Positions 9,801 to 20,985 of a DNA stretch of 32,271 bases are shown one piece after another. Origin of the DNA: Macrostomum lignano (lineage: Eukaryota); NCBI GenBank assembly GCA_002269645.1, contig NIVC01004098.1, forward strand, positions 1-32,271. The letters are read 5' to 3'. Numbering within the stretch: the first letter of the stretch is position 1; the number at the start of each line of letters is the position of its first letter. The notes below the pieces were generated by a model. The model searched no databases, was not told the origin of the DNA, and saw only the letters and a list, made by a program, of their open reading frames with translations. A program made the translations under genes and the position numbers.

Positions 9801-12266
9801 ATGGGCAAGAAGACCAGCCTGCGGGACGACATCCGCCAGGAATGGCGCACAGTGGCCGAGAACCTGCGCGGTAAACGAGTGGAAATGTACGACCGGACCA
9901 AGACCATGCTCAACGATGTCCTTATCTACAGGGACATGCCGCGGCCAGACCAGCTGCTGCCGCCAATGGTGGAGGAGTTTATGGAGAACGGGCTGGCCAT
10001 GGAGCCAACCGAGACCCGGCCGTCCATTGAGGTGCCGGAGCACTTTTACAACTTCAGCTCGCCGGAGACCAACTTCATGCTGTCGCTTCTGCTGGATGCC
10101 AACGACAGCAGGCTGCGCCGACTGCTGAATCAGGTGCACACCAGGGCGCTATTCAAGGAGGACAGGTACTATCAGATTGTCGATGACCCCACTTTGTACA
10201 TCCGGGGCACCGGCTGCGTTGACTTCCCGGCCTTTCATAGTGAGTCTTTTAACTTGGACTGATTGATCTGTTTAAGCATTTGGATTGTGTTTATGTGTTT
10301 ATATCATTTAAATATTCCTTACCATTCAGACAAGGTCGTCATGTACTTGACCGCCACCGGCATAATGATCTTTTTGAAGTGCACCACCGCCCTGACCGCC
10401 GCGGCCAGTATCTTCGGCAAGGGCGTAAGCCCGCGCACGCCCGCCTCGGAGAAGGCCCGTGAAGCGCGCCAGCCGAAACGCAAAAAGCCTCAGTCAGAGT
10501 TCGCCGCCGTCCGCCAATACGAAGCTAAAAAGAAGGATAAACTCCTGCCGCTGTTCAATGTGTACGCGTTTCAGTACGCCACCTACGTGCACTGCACCGA
10601 GGGCGACATCCTTCGCTTCCAGCTGGATTACCTGGCTATCAAGCGTCACTATTACGACGCATTTCCGTTCCTATTGCAGATGGATTGGCGGCCTAACTCG
10701 CCTTCGATGATCATGTACGGCGGCGCTATTTCCAGTTCATGACGCCGTTCCTGGACTGGGTGGATTTGATTCGCTACATCATGAAGAAAAGCCCCACGGT
10801 GTCAGCTTCCACCATCTACGAGCGAATGATCAACTCGCACAATGACAACATCACTCTGGGCGACATGAAGTACTTGGGCCAGACCATGCTCGAGTGCTTC
10901 GAAATTCGAAAACTGTCCAAAGCCAACTGCAAGCTAAAGGCCTACTACGGTGTGTACGTTGGCAGAAAGATTCTCAAGGACAAGGAACCGCAGACGCATG
11001 CCGACTATAAGGAAGCCTTCGGTCAAGGCTTGGCCGTTCGGCCGGTCATTCCTCACGCGTGCTCTCCAACTAGGCGATTCCTGGTGCACCTGTACTATTA
11101 CGACAAGGCCAGCATGTCGACCATGGCCCAGGTGGTCTCAGTTGTCGACTTCATGCTGAAGCAGGACTTCTTTAGCATGCACCCGCTGTGCAAGCTATCA
11201 ACTATCCACTTGGAGCCAATTATCTTCCAGATTTACGACTTTGTCTGGATGATTCGCAAGGATAACATTGGCAGGAAGCAGTACCTGCGGCATGAGACTT
11301 GGGAGTCTATTAGAGCGGTGGGTTCGATTGATTTTTCACAATTAACTTTTTTATTTATTGATGCTTCTTCAATCATTGAATTGAATACAAAATCTTTGAC
11401 TTTTAGAACGACGAGGCCTACGCGTGGTACCTGCGTTGGGACGTACTTAACTGCGTCAGTCTTCTATTTGGCATCTGTCAGAACGCGCTCATCAAGGATT
11501 TGAACGAATCTGTGATTGACCGGCTGGTCACACTCATCATCGAGGTGTTGCGCAGCTCGGAGTACCTGGAATCGGTCATGTCTTACAGTTTCTTTGACAC
11601 CTACTTCGGCCTGACTAGTACCGTCAACTGCGTTCCCAACCTGCAGTCCCGTTGTGTGCTGCGCGTTCTAAAGAAGCTGCCGTTGTACCTCGTGGAGAAC
11701 TTTACTTCGCCAGCCCTGCTCGGCATGTTCACGCATCGGTTTTGGCGCGGCGCCAGCGATCAACAGAAGCCGCCGCCGCGCACCCTGGAAGAGATTGGCG
11801 AATTTCTTGTACTTCGAAATCGACGAATGTCGATGAAAACGGCCGCCGAAGGAGGCGGCGAAGCCATGTCCGGCACGTCGGCCATGGGAGCCGGCGGTGC
11901 CGTCACTCTGTTCTTCCGCGAATACGAGAGCATGCCGGAGATCACCGCCGAGGACGAGCAGGCCATGGACAACGATCGCAACGACAACACGCGCAAGGAA
12001 GAGGAGGAGCGAGTCCACGTGGCCGATTACAAACGACAAGAGACGGACTTCCGCTACTCGCAGATATTTACCGATTCGTTCTTCCAAGTAAGTGCCAGGC
12101 CAAACGTTTTAGCGCACGTGTACTTTTATGTCTGTTAAACAATGCAAATTAATCTTTCTTGACTTTGTCACTGCAGGCCACGGGTCGGCCAAGGATATTT
12201 TACGACGAGAACGCCCAGATGAAGATGTGTAAGCAGCGTAGCAAGGAGCTTTTCAAGCCGCAATAA
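9801..12266 (+). CDS. Uncharacterised ~732-aa protein, 4 exons, one apparent frameshift
   Basis: Exons 9801-10239, 10330-11317, 11407-12087 and 12177-12266. The GT-AG introns are 90, 89 and 89 nt, all phase-consistent. A -1 shift near 10695-10697 joins MDWRP to LAFDDHVRRRYFQFMTPFLDW. AATAAA overlaps the stop and recurs near 12362. I recognise no family. Confidence 0.75.
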
Positions 12267-13032
12267 AAGCTCCAAGCTCGATGCATTTTCCTGACGATAC
12301 GAAATGGCGCGAAAAACTTGACTGCATCTCGATTAATTTTTTTTAATTGTCTGCGACATTGAATAAAAGGGAAATAAATTGAAAAAAATAGTTATTTCCC
12401 AGCGCGATCTCCTTTTTAGACGAAAAAAGCGCTTTTTGTTTACTATAAAAACGTGAAAATTTGATTACTCCTGTTTCTGGTCTTGCTTATCTTGCGATAT
12501 AAAATGAAACACCTTTTTGTAGCGCGGGATAGCAAAAACTCTGAAAGCATAATGCTCGATTGTGAAGATTTCAATTTAGCAATGCGATAATTTGTGCACT
12601 TGTGCAAAGTAATGCATACTATTTGACTAATGCAGAGTATCTGAAAAAAATTAAAAGCTGTGCAAACGTACCGGCAGTAGTAAGGGTTGGTTTTTTGCTC
12701 AATTTTGTGAGCAAAGTTCAGAGGAACATTAAATGAAAAATAGTACTAGCTCGTAAATAGATATGGGAAGAACTTTTAATAGGAGAGAATCTCGGATTTA
12801 GCTGTTCAAGGCAAACTCCAAGAAAGCAGAAACATAGCGTTGCTTTTTTAGATACTTATCGTTGAATTTTACGAGAGTAATTTCAGTTCCGTCTCTGGAT
12901 GCAGCCAGCAGCTGGCAGCTCAACAGCCGTTTCCAATTTCGCTCAGACGTCTCAGAGCCGCTTCGTCAAAGCCGACGTCGCTCCAGCCGCGGAGTCGAGC
13001 CTCCATCATCGGGGACCGCGCCGGCAGTGGCA

Positions 13033-14934
13033 TCAGCTCCTCAATGGTGTCCACATTCTCAACACGCACATCCGGTGGACATGACTGCGTGAATGCGATG
13101 CGTCCATTTCCTGCTGACAGCGATAAACCGCTCGATGTAAAAGAAGGAAAAGCAGCTCCAAAAACTCAAAGGCAAACGTCAGCGTAACCCCGATGGTGAG
13201 ACTGCCCAGGCCGCCAATCCGACTGACCAGAGCGCTGAGGGTGATCTGCAGCTTCTCCTGCTTTAAAACCGTATTGTAATTGAGTCTGGAGACCCGAATC
13301 AAAGCCATTCGTTCAACCAGTGCCTGTTCCTCCGGGTTGTTTTTCCAGTCGCCCGAGGCGCCGATGCTTTCCAGGTTGCAGAATTCCAGCAGCTTCGGCA
13401 AAGCCCAGCGCGCCAGCCGGTCTGAGGCGTTGAGGCTGGCGTGTCGGAGAGCACCGCTCACGAGGCCCATCCAGCGCAGCTGCGACAGTCGCGGTGCCCA
13501 GTTGGCCACAGACAGGTGGCTGTTATAGAAGTACTGCGTGCACGGCTTGCGACACGCGTTCAGGGTAAAATGACGAATTATAGAGCTCAGATTCAGGTGC
13601 TGGACGCAGGTGTATCGTTTCAGGAACTCTTCCAGCTGGGTCTCGTGATAGTGACCGCAGTAGGGTACCTCTTTGGAGGGCACTTGCGAAATGATTTGGA
13701 AGGCAGAGACGCAGTTACATATTTCGGTTACACGCTTGCCTAGGAGGTCACTGACGCAAGCTGTCTGCGTATAATTGTAAACGTGGTCGTGGTCTCTGAT
13801 CGGCGTCTGCTCCTTCGGGTTGGAGCACTCCCCTTCTGGGTAGTTCTCCTTTTCAACTCGCACCTGCGGCATGAAGGGGACAGGAAGGCTTGAAAGTGCG
13901 ACTGTTTTAAATTCCGTAGTTAATATTTTCATTAAAAGTCTTATTCCCTACTTCTTCATGAAGCCTTTACGTATAGTCAAATCTCCTGCTTTTAGGAATA
14001 CACAATCATGAAGCTTATTTCTCACCGTCTGATAGCGGATCAGCGTGGCGGTGCCCGTTTGCACCGTGAAGCTGTCCGAGTCCACATTCGGGAACGTTCC
14101 GGGCTCGTGAAGCACTACGCGGAAACCCGTAGCCTGATTGAATGCGTTGAACGCTTGCTCCTCCATTTCCCGGAACGATTTGTTAACCGCGCTGCCTCCA
14201 TACAGATCAGAGTTGCGAACATTTGACAGAATGAGAGATACTTCGCTGAGTTGCTCAGTAGTACCTAGCATTTTCAGATTATAGCAGGTGAAGAACTCTG
14301 GATGATGGATGCGGGTGAATTTAAACTGGCAGGTTGTTTCCTGAATCTTCGATGGGCTGGCGTTTCCGATGTGGCGGGCGATGCAGAAGGGCATGAGGTC
14401 GGTCAGATGGTGGCTCACTTCATTCAACTCCGATTCGTTGATTAGCTGAAAGTAGGTTGTCACCCGATCGTTGTGAAACAATTTCGAAGCGTCGAGGTAG
14501 CGCCCCTGCCGCACTAGGCTGCCCATGCCGCGGCGAAGTTCCTGCGACAAGTTGGCTGGGCTGACGATTCTGCCGGAACGCCAGTGCTCCCGCGCCGCCG
14601 AGGCGAACGGGCTGAGCGAGCACACAGTGAGACTGGGGAATGGAGTCGGGTCGTTGACTCGCTCTTCCACCTGGAAGTTTGTATGAAAAGACAAGAACTC
14701 GGAGATGAGGTTATGCGAGCAGTACAAGAGGAATGCCGTCATGCTGACTAGATAGAGCAGCCAGTGCAGGCGCAGAACTCGATGTCGGGTTGCGTAGCAC
14801 TTTCGCACGCCTCTCAGCGTAGTATTTTCGACGAATGTCTTCAAAGCAAAGTGTAACCATTTTGTCTGTGCGACTGGCGCAACAGCTTGCAGGGGGCTTT
14901 GATCGGGATTTTGAGCAGCGCCTGAAGCGGACAT
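13033..14934 (-). CDS. DEG/ENaC (ASIC/FaNaC-like) ion channel subunit, 579 aa as written, 2 exons
   Basis: Exons 14934-14026 and 13863-13033, with a phase-0 intron GTGAGA..CCGCAG (162 nt). TM1 WLLYLVSMTAFLLYC, FPSLTVC, GFRVVLHEPGTFP, Cys-rich CNC...CRKPC...Y thumb, and TM2 LVSRIGGLGSLTIGVTLTFAFEFLE. A longer tail to the stop at 12922-12920 results if one base is added at 13107-13109. Confidence 0.88.
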
Positions 14935-15588
14935 TGTAGCATACGAGCCGTACTAGATTTGTTCCTTTTCGATTTTTCAAACTTGGCTTAGAAAAATTTC
15001 CACATTGTCTGTACAGAGGGGATTTTATAGAGCGCTGCATATCAGATGTTTGTATTCTCATGGGGATGGGACTGGCACCAGGAAAGAGACAAACCGAACG
15101 AAGTAAAAAATTCACACACCGTGACGCGTCGTAACTCGATAAGCCGAAAAAAGTTTTCTGCGTGGAAACTTTACGACTCAACCGTCAGTCCTTTCGAAAG
15201 CTTCGCAGCTGCTTCGGCTTTTAAAATACTCAAAATATAGAAACTATCAACGACACGAAATTCTGCGTATTGCAGAGTCGAATTATTTGTGTCGTGTTGA
15301 ATTATGGGTCAATAATTGTTTCATCTTCGAGTCGAAAAATAGGATGTAATATTAAAGCATCTGAGCATTCAGATGTCGAACTCAAGGCTAAAGCACTGTT
15401 AAACTTGTCCGCGTTTATGATTGCTTGATTATAAAATATGCACCGCAGCTCAAAACAATTTTGTAATTTTTCGAGAGCAGGAGAGAATGAAAATAGACAG
15501 AGAGCAGATCTGCTTTAACGTCTGGATCCTCAGAAACATGTCTACATTTTTCCTCCAATTTTTCATCGACTGTCCACAGAGGTCTCTT

Positions 15589-17895
15589 TCAACTGTCGGT
15601 CTTGGCAACCTTGTGGACGCGCACCTGATACCCGTTGCTATCGGCAACCACCAACCAGTCCCAGCGACCGCTGGCGCCGCCCTCCCACAGGTCCAGGCAC
15701 ATCGGACTGCCTGCAGCTTGACTGTCGTTCCCGATCTGCGCCTCGCCAGCATCGCTGCCAACTGTCTGAGCTCTGCTCTTCCGTTGCTCCATAATCTTTC
15801 CGTCTCCAACGTCTCCATCAAAGCCGACCTCAAACACTCGCAGGCAGCGACGACCATCTGCGTCCAGCAGGCGGATGACGCGGCTGGCCACGTCGGCAAT
15901 GTACAATCGACCACGTTGGTCAGTCAACACGTCGTAGGGACTCTGGAATGCAACCGCGTCGCCGTCGCCTCCGGTCAGGGTGGCCACAACCCGGCCGGTG
16001 TCAACGTCCAGCCGACGGATGGCTCGACCTGCCCAGTCGGTGATCAGCAGGCGACGCCCGTGTCGACACCAGGCGAGACTCTCCGTGAAGAAGGCGGCGC
16101 TGTAGCATCCGGACACATCCAGAGAGGCCAAAACCGGCCACGGTGGCTGGCGGCTGACAATTGCGACCTTCTGCTCAGCGTAGCTCAAAGCGTAGAACCT
16201 CTGGCTGCCGGGCGGCACAGACAGTCCGGTTAGACGCGATCGCGGCGGCAGGCCGAGCGCTTGAGGAGTCAGACGACGTCGGAGCCGGCCAGTCAGGTCG
16301 AGGATGAACAGACCGGCCCGACCCTGAGTCAGGTAGAGCAGCTGATGGCCCGAGTCACAGCGTAGGCTGTGCACCTGAAAAGGTATACTCTTATTGTATG
16401 ACCACTGCTACAACTACTAATCTATTAACATCTACCGTTTCCGAACCAGGGACAAGGACTTTTAATTTCGCGTTTGTTACGGTGTTACGGTTACGGTCTC
16501 CGTACAACATGTGTGTGTACCTACGTGGGGTTAGCGGAATGGATAGGGCTGCTTGCCCCCTCAGTCGACTGTCACCATCGATTTGTGGCGGTTTCCAAAG
16601 CCTACTCGCAAAACTAACTACATGCGGCCTAATGCAAACCAATGTTAGAATTTAGGACCTATAATGTACCTATGGTTGAGTTCACTCAATCGGAACAGTC
16701 TTAATCAACTCACCGGTGAGCTCCACCGAAGTGGCGGTGTCAGACGGCCAATCGGCGTGTCGCTGCTCCCGCCCTTCATCGCCAACAGCGCCAGATGGTC
16801 CGGTTGATCATCCGCGTGGAACGCCACCACGAGACATACCGGAGCCAGACGTCGCCAGCTGCCTCCGGCTCCAGTCGGGGTTGAACGAGACCGGGTCACC
16901 AGGCCTTCGTCTGTGTTGCTACCGCTTGAGCAGACCCAGTGACTGGCCGTGTTGTCGCAGATGGCCACCCGCCAGATGCGGCCGCCGCCGGTGACCGGGC
17001 CGAGCGTCTTGACGGGCTCCGCACTCAGCTGGAGGAGACCGTCGGTCAGCGCCTTGTGAGCAGCGCGCGTCCCCGCCAGGCTTTCGGCTGCGCGGAGTGA
17101 CTCGGCCTCGCGAGACGGGGTTTCGCATTCGGTCAGATAGACTACGGAGTCGCTGATCTGCGTGGGGCATGGGGCTAAGTTTGTTAGTTAGCTGAAGGGG
17201 ATTGGGTGCTAATCAAGGTGAGAAGCGACACACAGTCATGGCCATTCCGCTGAACCCGAGTATGCACACGTGTACATGGATACGCACTCGCATCTTACAT
17301 TGGTACTGAGGTACTTTGGCGGGAAATTCGGACGTGTTACAGCTGAGATACTCTGCTCTGTGTGATTCATGAGTTCCCAGCGAGAATGATATCGGAGTAC
17401 TCGTATATTCCATTTCTATTGCTTCCCAGAAAAGACGAGGAATAGACTCGACTACCCTTGACTCCAGATCCTCACCTGGTCGACAAGTTGAAACACGTGC
17501 CGCCAGTTGCCCGCATCAGCTGCTCGATTCGCTGTCTCCGAGAACTGCACTACCCCCTCAAGTGCTCGAATTCGCCCAGTCAGCTGGTCGAGCTCCCGCT
17601 TAGCTGCGTCGCAGATTCTACGTCGCCAGTACTGCTGCTGAGCCTTCAACAGGCGGAACTGCTGCTCAAGCTCAATCTGATCGGCTTCCTGACGGCTCAA
17701 GCATCGCCGAAGCTCCGGATAATTTTCCGTAGCCTCCGCCAGAGCTTTCAGAGCGGCTAGGCCAAGAGCTCGAACTCGGCGCTGCTCGCGATGCAGATGG
17801 CCGCGGCAGAGCGGCTGACCCGAGTGAGGGCAGACTCCGACCGACGGCGCGACCTCGCACAGGGCCACGCTGCATGCGGCCGGTGTGGCGAGCAT
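15589..17895 (-). CDS. RING-less TRIM-NHL-like protein (B-box-like finger, coiled coil, NHL beta-propeller), 549 aa, paralog 1
   Basis: Exons 17895-17476, 17157-16714 and 16374-15589 with canonical phase-0 GTGAG donors and CAG acceptors. N-terminal CSVALC...CPHSGQPLCRGH and a Gln/Glu/Arg/Leu helix. NHL-like repeats include FQSPYDVLTDQRGRLYIAD and LVVADSNGYQVRV. Confidence 0.75.
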
Positions 17896-18439
17896 GTCGA
17901 GTCAAGAAAGCCCAACTAACTAACAGGTTAACCTTTGCTGTCTTCTGCTTGTACGAGTTGGTGACTTACTAGATTCTCAAAAAATATCGTTGCGCTATCG
18001 CTAACCACCATTATTTAAAGCCTAGCACAATGTATTACACAGATAACAGCTCGCACTGCCTTGGATACACAGCTCTTTTAGTAGGGGAGAGTTGAAAAGG
18101 TTTTTCTGTACGCTGTAACCATTTTATCAGGTGCGCATTTTCCAGATTTCGTGAACGCACATAGATCCAATGCAATGGATTGAACTTACTTTCGGCTGGA
18201 TGCCTTTCTCCAATCGGGTTTAGAATGAGCTCACGAAGTCAACAATACTTTATTCGACCTTTATTATCGCTAATATGCACAGTTTATTACCGCTAATAAC
18301 TCTCATGATGTTGATACAACTGGTACCGAAAATATGCGTAGGCACATCATGAACTGAGAAAAGTGTAGCATGCATATAAAAATAGTATTTTACTGTCGAA
18401 CAGCATGATAGTCACATTATCTTCTAGCCCAAGCACTCC

Positions 18440-20985
18440 TCAGTAGAGCTGAAACTCTTTCACAGCCTGGTTGCGCCAGTCGGCCACGTACAGCAGCCGC
18501 TGACCGGACAGCGGATCCGGTTCGAGCAGCCCGACGCCCTGCGGACCGTCGAATTGTCCTTCGCCGCCGCCCGGTGGCCGTCAATGCCCAGCACGTGCAC
18601 CGGCTGCCATCGGCCAGGAACAGCTGCACAGTCTGGCCCCAGCTGTCGCTGACGCAAACAACGCCTCGACTATCTACGGCCAAACCCGTCGGCCGCTGTA
18701 GCTGCGGACTGTCAGCCGCGCCAGCCGTTGGGTAGGACGCGATGAGGCGTCCAGTGAGGCTGCACACTTTGTGCACGGATCGGCCGCCTTTATCGGCCAC
18801 CAGCACCCGGCTGCCGCTTATCGCCAGGCCGCCCATCCACGGCCTGCCGGTGAAGAAGTTGCCGAGATCGAAGTCCGCCGACACGCTGTAGTCGGATTTG
18901 TCGATGCCGAGCAGCCGCTTCTCTTTTCCATCGAGCAGGAAGAGCTGATCGCGGCCGGAGACTACCGCCGAGGCGGCACCGAGCTTGTGCTCGAGGCTGT
19001 TGGCGTTGATCTTGTGCAATACGTTGCCGCTCAGCTGACTACGGTGCAGCCATCTTCACCCTGCGAGATGTACAACCGCTGAGCGGAGCTGTCACAGTGC
19101 AGGTCGCTGATCGGAAGGCTCCAGTCAATCTCAGCGTCCAGCCGATGCCGCTGACCACTTGGGAGTTCGATAACTAGCAGGTGATGCGAACGCTCGTTCA
19201 GATCGTAGGAAACAAACAGGCAGGCAGGCCCGAGAGGTCGCTGAGCCTCTGAGGCGCCCTTGGCAACCAGACGGCTGCCACCTGCTGCCGAGCAGTGAAA
19301 GCCGGCAGTGTTTGAACAGACAGCCAAGCATTCGATCTCGCCTCCAAGGTTACGCAGGGTGCGGCGCAACTCTACGGGCGGTGCGGATGCCGGTCTGTCA
19401 CCTGTGGGGCCGGTGGAGAAGTTTTTTAGACTTTTTTAGACTTTTTAGACGAATATACTTTTTTGCGATTGAATTCGTCCAAACTGCAAAACCTTTCGTC
19501 CACAAATGCTTTCTTAATGGGAGCTAAATTTAGATCATACCAAAGACAACTGTGTTTACGCGAAAAGGTTCGTCCAGTTTGTAAAACATTTCGTCCCCTA
19601 GACTAGAGACCGAGTGTACTGTTCCTACCATAGTTAACACCCAATTGACAGTTTTGCTACCACTACAGCTACAGCACGCAAATAACCCGGCAAAATCGAA
19701 AAAGAAGGCACCATCCAGTGTCAAACGAAGACCGCAGGCGATTAGCCTTGGCTGTTGAGAAGGCCGCGATTGGAAACAACTGGCCGATATCGTTGGGATC
19801 AAGAGAAAGACAGCCAAAACGATTGTCGACACCTGCGTTCAAACCAAGCGCATTGAGAAGCTTCCAGCTGTTTGGACGAAGGGTTTAGACGAAATGTTTT
19901 ACAAACTGGATGAACCGTTTTGCGTGAACACAGTTGTCTATGGTATAATCTAAATTTAGCTCCCATTAAGAAAGCGTTAGTGGACGAAAGGTTTTGCAGT
20001 TTGGACGAATTCAATAGCAAAAAAGTATAGTTCAGTCTTAAGTCAAATATGCTGCTGTTATGATCAACCTTCGAATTTCTGTATCTTTTAGCTAGTCGGC
20101 AATAATGTTAATGGTGTCTGCTTTGCCGAGTGATTCGATAGAAAGCCGCTGCCTGTCCCCTCCCCAAATGCAGAGTGTCGCTAAAAGAGGAGATCCTGTA
20201 AAAGTATTTAGGGGGCATAGCAATGTTCCTCGCATGCCATAAAATCCGTGCTGACATTACGTCCCAGCCCCAAAGTACCACAGAATCGAGCAAAGACGTA
20301 CTGTCAGTGCCGATGTTTTCTTAGAAGCTGTTTGTTCCATTGATACTATCGCTTAGTTCACAATTAGTGACCCACCCGCCAACGGAGACATCTGCCTGTC
20401 CAGCAGGTATCTGGCGTTCCTGACAGCCGAGCAAATGTCCGTCAAGTTGCCCCGATCGGCCATGAAGCCGCCGCCTTCGCCGGACTCGCCAGATCCGTCG
20501 CTCGGATTGAGAAGCTCCAGCGTCGGCTCCACCTGGGCCGCCAGCTCATACACTCGGCGGTAGTCGCCAGAACGGTCGGCGGCGCGGATGGCCTCAGCGT
20601 AGCCAACTACATGCTTGCAGGCGGCGATTTTGCTGCTGAGCGACTCGTAGCGACCCCTGGCTGAGTCAACGATGTCAACGCGCCAGGCGTCGAGCTCGGC
20701 CTCAAGCGAGTCGAACACTACCTCCAGTTCACGCACGTCGCTGGCCATTCGCTGGCGTCGCGGCTCGAAGTCCCCCAGTCCGGCTCGAAGTGCAGCGATT
20801 CTCGCCTCGGTATCGACTCGAAGCAGGCGAACTCGTTCAACATCGGCCGCCAAGTGGCCGGAGCAGAGGCTCAGGTTTGAGCGAGGTCCCCGGCCGACGC
20901 TGGTCTCGTTGCAGAGCATGATCTCGCATTTTCCTGTCGTTGCTTCGCCCGCAGCGCTGCCGGGTCGGCTTGATGAGCTAGCCAT
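18440..20985 (-). CDS. RING-less TRIM-NHL-like protein, paralog 2, three apparent frameshifts (assembly errors or pseudogene)
   Basis: ATG 20985, exon to 20376, phase-1 intron 20375-19402, then exon 19401-18440. Single-base additions near 19037, 18597 and 18558 give LYISQGEDGCTVVQLSGNVLHKI...LQRPTGLAVDSRGVVCVSD...QFDGPQGVGLL...LLYVADWRNQAVKEFQLY*, which aligns with paralog 1. Confidence 0.7.
19454..20030. mobile_element. MITE-like element with ~140-bp imperfect terminal inverted repeats, in the intron of paralog 2
   Basis: Left arm 19454-19595 (TATACTTTTTTGCGATTGAATTCGTCCAAACTGCAAAACC...) pairs with right arm 19888-20030 (...GGTTTTGCAGTTTGGACGAATTCAATAGCAAAAAAGTATA). TA lies on both flanks. 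No transposase. Confidence 0.85.

Noticed and set aside
11407-11481. Alternative acceptor at 11481 for the orphan gene
   Set aside because: The upstream acceptor at 11406 has a better pyrimidine tract and adds 25 in-frame, coding-like codons. It is kept only as a possible minor isoform.
10240-12176. Introner elements, suggested by the equal 89-90 nt intron lengths
   Set aside because: The three introns show no shared sequence or terminal repeats by eye, so a modal intron size is enough to explain them.
15421-16233. 270-aa plus-strand ORF and other GC-rich ORFs overlapping the channel and NHL genes
   Set aside because: Antisense shadows of well-supported minus-strand exons, with no motifs.
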